Assembly (NCBI RefSeq): GCF_004010195.1
Contig: NC_057720.1
Coordinates: 5,801,086-5,865,085 of the forward strand
DNA length: 64,000 nt
DNA from: Chiloscyllium plagiosum
Lineage: Eukaryota
Direction: 5' to 3'
The first letter of the stretch is position 1, and every line of letters starts with the position of its first letter. A program made the position numbers and the translations under genes. The notes under the pieces were generated by a model that searched no databases, was not told where the DNA came from, and saw only the letters and a list, made by a program, of their open reading frames with translations. Below are positions 51,024 through 61,852 of the stretch, piece after piece.

Positions 51024-51194
51024 GTCAGAAATCACATGACACTGGGTTATAGCCCAACAGGTTTATTTGAAACCACAAGCTTTTGGAACACTGCTCCTTC
51101 ATCAGGTGAAGTTCTAATAAACCTGTTGGGCTATAACCTAGTGTCATGTGACTTCTGACTTTTTCCACCCCAGTCCAACACCGGCACCTCCACA
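51024..51194. mobile_element. PLE family C fold-back mini-element
   Basis: GTCAGAAATCACATGACAC...CCTTCATCAGGTG and AATAAACCTGTTGG...CCAACACCGGCACCTCC. Confidence 0.8.
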
Positions 51195-51542
51195 CCAGTT
51201 GAGTTAACGTCAGTATCTGCGTGGCATGGGATCTGCTGATTTTGCCATCAATCTCTGTCTGACGTTTGAAAAGCAATCAGGTCATTTCGAAAACAGTAAT
51301 TCTGCAATTTTATAATTCATACAGAAACAGCCAGACGCTGAATGCAGACTAGTTGTGAATGGCAATGATGGTGTTCACATCAGCAGCAGCCCGGATGCTG
51401 TGTGATGGCACAGAACATAAACTAATGCCCATGGGTCCTATACCCATGCACCCAGCCAGAACTGCCTCATTTTGAGAGGAGAGAAGAGAGAGATAAACTG
51501 AGAGAACTGTTGAGAGAGATGAAGGAGTGAGTAAACAAACAA

Positions 51543-51864
51543 GGGGTGTGGTGGCTTAGTGGTTAGCACTGCTGCCTCACAGCGCCAGGTATCCATGTTT
51601 GATTCTACCAGCGGGCAATTGTGTGGAGTTTGCACATTCTCCCCGTGTCTGCTTGGGTTTCCTCCCACAGTCCAAAAATGTAAAGGTTATGTTAATTGGC
51701 CATGGGAAATTTCCCATTGCGTCCAGGGATGAGTGGGTTCCATGGATTAGCCATGGGAAATGCAGGGTTATGGGGATAAGATTAGGGGTTGATGGGCTGC
51801 TGTTCGGAAGATCAGTGCAGACGTGATGGGCTGAATGGCTTGCTTCCACAAGGTAGGAATTCTA
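51543..51864 (+). mobile_element. Older HE1-type SINE
   Basis: Diverged head, core and tail. Confidence 0.8.
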
Positions 51865-51959
51865 AGTGTCTGAAGTTTCAATGACTGGAAAGTTTGAGTT
51901 AGCATAGAAGTCCTTGTACATACAGCTCTGAGTCGTTAGACTGGAGGTCAGATGGACAG

Positions 51960-52143
51960 GGAGAAAGTGAGGACTGCAGATGCTGGAGATCAGAGCTGAA
52001 AAATGTATTGCTGGAAAAGCGCAGCAGGTCAGACAGCATCCAAGGAGCAGGGCTTCTGAAGAAGGGTTTATGCTCGAAACGTCGATTTTCCTGCTCCTTG
52101 GATGCTGCCTGACCTGCTGCGCTTTTCCAGCAACACATTTTTC
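51960..52143. mobile_element. PLE family A fold-back mini-element
   Basis: Inverted arms; perfect TSD AGGTCAGATGGACAG at 51945-51959 and 52144-52158; hammerhead at 52056-52083. Confidence 0.9.
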
Positions 52144-52497
52144 AGGTCAGATGGACAGCTACCACCTGATTTGCCCCTGGGCTAGAGAAATTGCATTGAC
52201 CATCTTGGCTTTTTAGACTTTTCACTTGATGTTCCAGCCACTCCTGATGGCTGCTGTCTGACAATTTCACATTTTAACAGGATGTTAAGGCACTCAGGTG
52301 TGAAATTGGACTGTCCAGTAGCAGGAAGGAGGATTACAGTGAATTGGCCGCCCAATTGTAAGCTGTCGTTTTGCATAGACTCTTTACCCATTGATGTTGT
52401 TCTGACCAACCCCTGAGTGAGAGTTCCAAATTGATGATTGTTCCAGAGGATCCTACAATTCAGTGTATAAGTTCAGCCCTGATTTGCGTTACACCGT

Positions 52498-52835
52498 GGG
52501 CGGCACGGTGGGCGGTACGGTGGGCGGTACGGTGGCACAGTGGTTAGCACTGCTGCCTCACAGCGTCAGAGACCCGGGTTCAATTCCCGCCTCAGGCGAC
52601 TGACTGTGTGGAGTTTGCACATTCTCCCCGTGTCTGCGTGGGTTTCCTCCGGGTGCTCCGGTTTCCTCCCACCACTCAAAGATGTGCAGGGTCAGGTGAA
52701 TTGGCCATACTAAATTGCCTGTTGTGTTAGGTAAGGGGTAAATGTAGGGGTATGGGTGGGTTTCGCTTCGGCGGGTTGGTGTGGACTTGTTGGGCCGAAG
52801 GGCCTGTTTCCACACTAAGTAATCTAATCTAATCT
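52498..52835 (+). mobile_element. Young HE1-type SINE with triplicated 5' 12-mer
   Basis: GGGCGG(C/T)ACGGT x3, then a near-consensus body and (AATCT)n tail. Confidence 0.93.
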
Positions 52836-53597
52836 ACTCTAAATCTAAAGGAGATACCCCCAAATAGTCACACTGCACCCTACCCCTTCAACCTCTGATG
52901 AATTCCTGATGAAGAACTTATGCTCGAAATGTCAATACTCCTGCTCCTCGGATGCTGCCTGACCTGCTGTGTTTTTCCAGCACCACACGCTTAGACTCTG
53001 ATCTCCAGCATCTGCAGTCCTCACTTTCTCCCAGAACAATGTTAATCTGACCAAGATCTTTTCCTTCTCCCAATCCAACTGCATTTATGTTTTAAAAAGG
53101 GCCAAATATGTCATGCTTTCTTGACTTAAATAGAAGACGAGTTTATTAGTTAATAAACAAAAGAAAAACTAACAATAAACTGCAACACACATATGCACAG
53201 ATTAAAATGTCAATCGAGCCCATTTTTTTGTCATTTATGTAAATGATTTGGATGTGAATGTAAGAGGCACGGTTAGTAAGTTTGCAGATGACACAAAAGT
53301 TGGTAATGCAGTGGAAAGTGAAGAAAGTTACCTCAGAGTGCAATGGAACCATGATCAGGTGGGCTGATGGTTTCAGGAATGGTAGATGGAGTTTAATTTA
53401 GATAAAGGTTGCATTTTTGTAACGCAAATCAGGGCTGGACTTATACACTGAATTGTAGGATCCTGGGGAGTGTTGCTGAACAAAGAGATCTAGGGGTACA
53501 GGTTCATCGTTCCTTGAAGGTGGAGTTGCAGGTAGGGAAGAAGATGTTTGGTACATTTGCCTTTATTGATCAGTGCATTGAGTATAGGGGTTTGGAT

Positions 53598-54062
53598 TTG
53601 GAAATGTGTTGCTGGAAAAGCGCAGCAGGTCAGGCAGCATCCAGGGAACAGGAGAATCGACGTTTCGGGCATAAGCCCTTCTTCAGGAAGTCCACACCGA
53701 CCCGCCGAAGCGTAACCCACGCAGACCCATTTCATTTATCCCTTCACCTAACACTACGGGCAATTTAGCATGGTCAATTCACCTACCTGCACATTTTTGG
53801 AGGAAACCGGAGCACCCGGAGGAAACCCACGCAGACACGGGGAGAATGTACAAACTCCACACAGAGAGTCGCCTGAGGCGGGAATTGAACCCGGGTCTCG
53901 GGCGCTGTGAGGCAGCAGTGCTAACCACTGTGCAATTCTGAAGAAGGGCTTATGCCCGAAACGTCGATTCTCCTGTTCCCTGGATGCTGCCTGACCTGTT
54001 GCGCTTTTCCAGCAACACATTTCCAGCTCTGATCTCCAGCATCTGCAGACCTCACTTTCTCC
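53598..54062. mobile_element. Composite: PLE-A arm (-), HE1 fragment (-), PLE-A arm (+)
   Basis: Perfect TSD TATAGGGGTTTGGAT at 53583-53597 and 54063-54077. Confidence 0.9.
53934..53969 (+). ncRNA. Minimal hammerhead ribozyme motif (PLE family A)
   Basis: AAUU-CUGAAGA-A-GGGC-UUAU-GCCC-GAAA-CGUC^GAUU; same core on the minus strand at about 53655-53688 and on plus at 61444-61471. Confidence 0.75.
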
Positions 54063-56789
54063 TATAGGGGTTTGGATGTCATGTTGCAGCTGTACAGACA
54101 GTAGTGAGGCCACTTTTAGAATATAATGTTCAATTCTGGTCTCCCTACTATGGGAAAGATGTTGTGCAACTTAAAAGAGTTCAGAAGAGATTTACAAGGA
54201 TGTAGCCAGGGTTTGAGGGTTTGAGCTATAGGGAGAGGCTGAACAGGCTGGGGCTGTTTTCCCTGGAGTGTCGGAGGCTGAGAAGTGAGCTGATAGAGGT
54301 TTAGAAAATCATGAGGGGCACGGATAGGGTGAATAGCTGAAGTCTTTTCTCCAGAGTAAGGGAGTCCAAAACTAGAGGCCATAGGTTTAAGTTTAGAGGG
54401 GAAAGATATAAAAGGGACCTGAGGAGAAATGTTTCACCCAGAGGGTGCTGTGTGAATGGAATGAGTTGCCAAAGGAAGTGGTGGAGACTGGTACAATTAC
54501 AACATTTAAAAGGCATCTGGATGGGTATATGAATAGGAAGGGTTTAGAGGGATATGGGCAAAATGCTGGCAAATGGGATCAGATGAGATTGGGATATCTG
54601 GTCAGCATGGATGAGTTGGACCAAAGGGTCTGTTTCTATGCTGTACATCTCTATGACTCTATGAGTAAAAGGATAACAACTAAAAAGGCATACAAATCAG
54701 TGTCCAGCTTCCATGAAGAGTAGATGGTGGAATGCTGTTAAGTTGGAAGGTACTCTAACACTGATGTCGAGGGTGAAGTAGTCGATTTCAAAACTCTTGG
54801 CTCTGCAAGGTAGCAGAGAGGCTTGTGTGGTGTTTCCTTCTTGATGATGATTTCAATGGCTTACTTGGCCCTGGCACTCAGAGTGAGAGAGAGAGTCTTC
54901 CTTCACTTGTAGTGCAGGGGTGTCTAATAGCTGTTCTCAAATTGTAACCTTCACAGCACACAGGTTCACACTTGCACATGAATCCCGCTAACACACTGAG
55001 AGTGGGGCTGCAGGGTCTTCTAAAACCCTGCTCTTATGTATTCTTGAGAAGGAAAAGCACAAATGCATATCCACACATATGTCCACACCCAGGACTTAAA
55101 GGAAAGGAAATGGCATTCCTGCTGGGAAGGGTAATAGGTTTTGCCTTGCATCTCTTCCTTTTAGCCTTTCTGTTTGACATAATCTTGATACTCTGTTGGT
55201 GTGACATTTCTTGGGTTCAGACAGGCCCTTCCAATGAATGTCATTTTCAGGATTTACTTTATCAACTATTCTTGGAGCTATGGTCTTTCTTTAAAAACAG
55301 GCATCTTCTGAAAAGTTCAATGTGTCCATATGTAATTCAGGGCAATGATCCACTGTCATGACGATGTTGATGGGACTTCATTTCACTTTGAGCCCTTCTC
55401 CTGGTTGTGTGGTTAACATTTTCTGAAGGTGTGGCTGGTGTTTGTGTGTTTTGAGTATATCGTGTAGATAGCTGCTTTTATTCTGTTTATGAAGACTGAA
55501 CTAGGTGCTATTAGTGCAATTAGAGACGCATGCTTGGGATGAATGCTTCTCTCTGTTTAGGGAATCAAATTGTAAGCAATGTTTATCAAGAGGGATATAA
55601 TTGAATAGGCATGGAGAATCTTATATATTTAATTGGTAAACTCAATAGAAACATGATATGCAAAGTTAGAGAGTGAGGGAAATATTGTAACAAACAGTAT
55701 GTCCAGTTTGGTGGTTGAGGTGGAAACCCTCAACTCATTTAAAAGGACCGTGGAACTGCATCTGAAGCATTAGAACCTGCAAGACTATGGCCAGGTAATG
55801 CTAAGCAGGATTAGAATGGGCAGCTAGTTTATTCAGATGGCACAGACATGATGGAATGAATGGTCTCTTGTGTGTTGTAACCCTGGATGTTTCTATGATC
55901 TTATAGCTCATACATCTGGCCCCTTAGATCCGTTTCACCATCTTGCCGTAACCTTCCCTGACATTACTTTGCCAGAGTTGGCAATTGTGAGTAATGTTGC
56001 TAAAACTATTCAGTGGGTTCCATCATGAACGCCAAGAGGCTGCAATTACCTGAACTCTGTATGAAAGTACTGGGTACGCTTTTTCTCACTTTAATTCGGA
56101 AATAAGAATATAATTTCACAAGAATCTCTTCAGCAAACATTTATCTTGGCTGGTTTCTTGGATAACAGCATTGGGTAATTTGGGTCAAGCAAGTCCATTG
56201 AAACTTAGAAGAACAAGAAGTAACGTTTAAGATTCTGAGGGGGCTTGACAGGGTGATTGCTTTCCCTCACAGGGAAAGTCTAGATGTTTTGATTTTGTGA
56301 GAGATGGTGCTGAAGTGGCCCTTTTAATCAGCCTTTAATTGACACTGCAAAGTTAAACTGGTAAATAATACTTCCCAAAGAGCAGCTCAACGCTTGGAAA
56401 GATTGCCACAAAGATAACTGAATGAATGGACCCTGTTCAGAAGCAGAAATTGATCCGTAATCTTAAAATTTATCATCAAAATTTGAGACTGTCTTTGCCC
56501 AAAATGAATGAGGGACTAAGGACCCACTGTTGGCAAAGTTGACATCAGTGTTGATACAAATTAAATGGACCCGTAATCCGAAATGAAAACAGACATTTCT
56601 GGAAAAGCTCAGCAGGTCTGGCAGCATCTGTGCAGGGAAATCAGAGTAATGTTTCAGGTCCAGTAATCCTTCCTCAGAAGGTAACTAGGAAAATGTTGGT
56701 TTATGTGCAGAAGATAGGGTTGGCAGGAAGGTGTGGGGGGTGGAAGGAATAAATGATAAATGAGGATAGAGCTGAGAGACTCCTGGGAT

Positions 56790-57415
56790 CAGAAACTCAA
56801 CTGGACTCACCACATAATCTCAGTGGGTACTAGAGCAGGTCAGAGGCTAGGAATACTGCAGCGAGTAACTCACCTCCTGACTCCCAAAGCTTGTTCATCA
56901 GTTACAAGGCACAAGTCAGGAGTGTGATGGAATATTCCCCATTTGCCTGGATGGGTGCAGCCCCAATAACATCCAAGAAGATGGACACCATCCAGGACAA
57001 AGCAGCCTGGTCGATTGGCATCACATCCACAAGCACCACTGCCCTCCACCACTGTAGCTCAGTAGCAGCAGTGTGTGCCATCTACAAGATGCACTGCAGA
57101 ATGATCCTCAGACTACACCTTCGAAACCCATGACCACTTCCATCTAGAAGGTCAAGGGCAGCAGATACATGGCAACACCACCCCTTCAATTTCTCCTCCA
57201 AGCCACTCAACATCCTGACTTGGAAATATATCGCCGTTCTTTCACAGTCACTGGGTCAGAATCCTGGAATTCCCTCCCGAAGGGCTTTGAGGGTCAACCC
57301 TCAGCACGTGGACTGCAGCGGCTCACCCCCACCTTCTCAAAGAGGCAATTAGAGACAGGCAGTAAATGCTGGGCCCAGCCAGAGATGCCCACATCCCACA
57401 AAATGAATAAATTTT
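56790..57415 (+). mobile_element. Zenon-like (CR1-group) LINE 3' portion
   Basis: YKAQVRSVMEYSPFAWMGAAP..KKMDTIQDKAA; SWNSLP; tail GGCAATTAG...AAATGCTGG...GCCCACATCCC...ATGAATAAA; clade assignment tentative. Confidence 0.7.
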
Positions 57416-57724
57416 ATAAAGTCTTCCATTAAACATAGAAATGAAGGACAACTTCTTCTGTCAGAGTGTTGCTAACTTTCAGAATTCTCTTCCCCAGACA
57501 ACAGTGGAGCTCAGGTCATTGAAGATATTCAAGGCAGAAGTAGACAGATTTTGATTGACAAGGGAATCAAAGATTACAAGGGACAGGAAAGTGGAGTTGA
57601 GGCCACAACCAGATCAGTGTGATCTTATTGAGTGATGGAGTAGGCTTGAGGGGCTGAATGGCCTACTCCTGTTTCTGTGTCCTATGTTATACAACTCCAA
57701 ATATATTCTCAAGAGATGAGCTCA

Positions 57725-58054
57725 GTCACTCAGCGGTTAGCACTGCTGCCTCACAGCACCAGGGACCCGGGTTCGATTCCAGCCTCGGGTGATTGTCTGT
57801 GTGGAGTTTGCACATTCTCCCAGTGTCTGCGTGGGTTTCCTCTGAGTGCTCCGGTTTCCTCCCACAGTCCAAAGATGTGCAGGTTAGGTGAAGTGGCAAT
57901 GCTAAATTGCCCACAGTATTCAGGGATATGTAGGTTAGGTGCATTGGTCAGAGGCAAATATAGGGTAGGGGAATGAGTCTGGGTGGATTACCCTTCAGAG
58001 GGTCTGTGTGAACTTGTTGGGCAGAAGGGCCTGTTTCCACACTGTATGACTTCT
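57725..58054 (+). mobile_element. HE1-type SINE
   Basis: HE1 head, core and tail. Confidence 0.9.
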
Positions 58055-58534
58055 AAGATGGCTAAAGTTTGACAAGGCTGGACTCAGAGCCAGTTTTGCT
58101 GACTGCTTGATGTAATTCTAGACTGTGAGGTGTGCTCACTCACATGACACTGATTTTCCTAGAACCCAGTGGCACAGGTAGGAGTCAGGGTTTATTTCTA
58201 TACGCCCCCACCCCCCCTTTATTTTGTATGCAAACTCCATGAATTAGCACATTCACCTTCAAATGCAGCAACTTAGATCAGTCAAAAGGCAACTGCCATT
58301 CCATCTGTATAAACATTAATGTCAACACTGCACGTCCTCAGTCTCTCATTCATTTCAGGCAAAGACAGTCTCAAATTTTGATGATAAGTTTTAAGTCTAA
58401 GGATCAATTTCTGCTTCCGAACAGGCTTCATTCATTCAGTTATCTTTGTGGAATCTTTCCAAGTGCTGAGCTGCTCTTTGGGAAGTATTACTTACCAACT
58501 TAGCTTTGTAGTGTCAATTAGAGGCTTATTTGAA

Positions 58535-58858
58535 GATTAGATTCCCTACAGTATGGAAACAGGCCCTTCAGCCCAGCAAGTCCACACTGACCCTCCAAAG
58601 AGAACCCATCCAGACCCATTCCCCTACCCTATATTTACCCCAGACCAATACACCTAACACTACGGGCAATTTAGCACGGCCATTTCGCCTGACCTGCACA
58701 TCTTTGGACTGTGGGAGGAAACCGAAGCACCCGGAGGAAACCCACACAGACATGGGGAGAATGTGCAAACTCCACACAGACAGTTGCCCGAGGCAGGAAT
58801 CAGACCTGGGTCGCTGGTGCTGTGAGGTAACAGTGCTAACCACTGAGCCACAGTGCCC
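58535..58858 (-). mobile_element. HE1-type SINE
   Basis: Reverse complement HE1; forms an inverted pair with 57725-58054. Confidence 0.9.
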
Positions 58859-59155
58859 TCTTCCCCGGCATAAGTCTGTGAGATATGGCAGTAGGCCATT
58901 CAGCCCATCGAGTCCATGCCACATTTCATTGAGGTCATGGCTGATCAGATTATCCTGAATTGTACTTCCCTGCCTTTTTCCCCTGCTTTACACAAATGAA
59001 ACATTTTGAAGGGCCAGCGTTATTGTAATGTAAGAAACACCGGAGAAATTGTGGCTACATCCATGCTGCTGCACAAACAGCAATGTGATAATCTGCAGAA
59101 GTCTGCTCTCTCTTGTTTTGGTTGATTGAAGGATGAATATTGGCTAGGCCACCAT

Positions 59156-59242
59156 GTCTCTCTCTCTCTCTCTTTCTCCTTCTCTCTCTCTCTCTCTCTT
59201 TCTCTTTCTCCTTCTCTCTCATTCTCCTTCTCTCTCTCTCTC
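59156..59242. repeat. (CT)n microsatellite inside an old Deu-type SINE
   Basis: Imperfect CT tract. Confidence 0.9.
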
Positions 59243-60145
59243 TTATTTTTGAAACAGAATTCCATCTGCCATGGAACTTTTTACAATCACTTTAGATGGT
59301 GGATAGCGCCTTGATTTACTGCTTATTCCCTGTAAATTAGAGGAATGAAGAAATCAATGGGTTATGGGGAAAAGGAAGGAAAATGCAGTTGAGGATTACC
59401 CAACCGGCCATGGCTACATTGAATGGCAGAGCAGACCTGATGGGCTGAATGGCCTCAGGCTATCCTTGTGTCTTATGGTCTTGTAGCAGAGAGATCAGAT
59501 GTAAGTTTGTCAGCAAAAACCCATCACGGCTGACGTAACGAAAAGATTTCTACTTTATGAGTGCTTGGAATTTGGAATCCCCTGCCTGGCGGTGTGGAGA
59601 TTACAAATTGAACAACATCTTCCGGCAGGGTGGTACATTTAAATGAAAGCTATTTCAATACTTTTCTCATCTTTCCCATTTTGTGGTGAAGCTGATTACA
59701 GCATGAAATGTAGGTGCTGTTAAAAGGTGTGATCTCAGGGCCAGAGCAGTCCCGCTGAACCCCAAACCCCCTCAGTCTGAAAACGTCAATATGAATATTC
59801 TCTGAAGTTATATTTTTGTGCATATTAATGAGATGTGGAGCTGTTTGTCGGATTACTTCTGTTTGGCACTCGTGCAGTTGTTTGCTTTTTCCATATTAAT
59901 GAGTTACTGTTGTCAGGGACAATGAACACCAGTTCAAGTTAGAATCCGTGCAAGGTCACACAGTGCCAGGGTCAGGGATATCACAGAGTGACTGCAGGAT
60001 GTCCTTCTGCAACCATCCTATGATGGGTTTTGGTGCTGGTACTGACGATATAGGTAGGAAGTGGATATAACCCTGGTGTCTAAATGCTGGAAGATGAGGA
60101 GAAAATGAGCAAGAAGGACCTCAAAAGCACTAGTTACTTGATTAC

Positions 60146-61662
60146 GGGGGAAGTGATGGCTGAGTGGTATTATTGTTGGACTGTTAACTCAGAGACCCGG
60201 ATAATGATCTGGGGACATGGGTTCGAATCCTGTGGATCGTGGAATTGAATTCAGTTAAGAATCTAATGATGACCAGTAATCCATTGTTGATTATCATAAC
60301 AACTCACCTGTTTCACTAATGTCCTACAGGGAAGGAAACTGCCTTGCCTGGTCTGGCCTACATGTGACCCTGACCCACAGCAATACATCGATGATTGTAT
60401 TGGCGCTACCTCGTGCTCCCACGAGGAGGTGGAATAGTTCTTCCACTTTACTAACACCTTCCAACCCGACCTCAAATTTACCTGGACCGTCTCAGACTCC
60501 TCCCTCCCCTTCCTAGACCTCTCCATTTCTATCTCGGGCGACCGACTCAACACAAACATTTACTATAAACCGACTGACTCCCACAGCGACCTAGATTNNN
60601 NNNNNNNNNNNNNNNNNNNNNNNNNNNNNNNNNNNNNNNNNNNNNNNNNNNNNNNNNNNNNNNNNNNNNNNNNNNNNNNNNNNNNNNNNNNNNNNNNNNN
60701 NNNNNNNNNNNNNNNNNNNNNNNNNNNNNNNNNNNNNNNNNNNNNNNNNNNNNNNNNNNNNNNNNNNNNNNNNNNNNNNNNNNNNNNNNNNNNNNNNNNN
60801 NNNNNNNNNNNNNNNNNNNNNNNNNNNNNNNNNNNNNNNNNNNNNNNNNNNNNNNNNNNNNNNNNNNNNNNNNNNNNNNNNNNNNNNNNNNNNNNNNNNN
60901 NNNNNNNNNNNNNNNNNNNNNNNNNNNNNNNNNNNNNNNNNNNNNNNNNNNNNNNNNNNNNNNNNNNNNNNNNNNNNNNNNNNNNNNNNNNNNNNNNNNN
61001 NNNNNNNNNNNNNNNNNNNNNNNNNNNNNNNNNNNNNNNNNNNNNNNNNNNNNNNNNNNNNNNNNNNNNNNNNNNNNNNNNNNNNNNNNNNNNNNNNNNN
61101 NNNNNNNNNNNNNNNNNNNNNNNNNNNNNNNNNNNNNNNNNNNNNNNNNNNNNNNNNNNNNNNNNNNNNNNNNNNNNNNNNNNNNNNNNNNNNNNNNNNN
61201 NNNNNNNNNNNNNNNNNNNNNNNNNNNNNNNNNNNATCTTTTCTCAGTCCCAACCCTCAGACTCAGCACAGCCTTCTTGACCTGCAATCTTCTTCCTGAC
61301 CTTTCTGCCCCCACCCCCTCTCCGGCCTATCACCCTCACCCTCACCCTCACCTCCTTCCACCTATCGTATCCCCCGCGCCCCTCCCCCAAATTCCCTCCC
61401 CCCTACCTTTAATCTCAGCCCACTTGGCACACCAGCCTCATTCCTGAAGAAGGGCTTATGCCCGAAACGTCAATTCTCCTGCTTCTCGGATGCTGCCTGG
61501 CCTGCTGTGTTTTTCCAGCACCACGTTTTTCAACTCTGGTCTCCAGCATCTGCAGTCCTCACTTTCTCCTTGTTAACTGCCCTCTGGGCAATTAGGGATG
61601 GGCAACAAATGCTGCCTAGCCAGTGATGCCCTCATCCTGTGAATGAAGAATGGAAAAAAAAA
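60146..61662 (+). mobile_element. SINE with Zenon-like tail (60146-60384 and 61570-61662) split by a PLE family A copy (60384-61570, gapped)
   Basis: PLE RT: YIDDCIGATSCSHEEV...LKFTW..SDSSLPFLDLSI...YYKPTDSH; 3' UTR, hammerhead and CTCACTTTCTCC terminus. Confidence 0.85.
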
Positions 61663-61852
61663 TACTCTCAGTACCACATACCAGTGAGCACAGAATTAGG
61701 AGGATAAGATGAAATACAAAACACCAGTTAGACCTCAGCTGGAGTATCGTGCATAGTTGTGGGCGAGGATATGTTTGGGTGATTGTAAGGTATTGTATTT
61801 TTTGTAAAACAAACAAGGCTAGACTGAAACAATTAAAAGTGGGACCTTCGGT

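Larger units (their letters stand above)
53215..54665 (+). mobile_element. CR1 (HER1-like) 3' portion hosting a composite insertion
   Basis: KFADDTK...EQRDLGVQVHRSLKV...; resumes at 54063; tail CTCTATGACTCTATGA. Confidence 0.9.
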
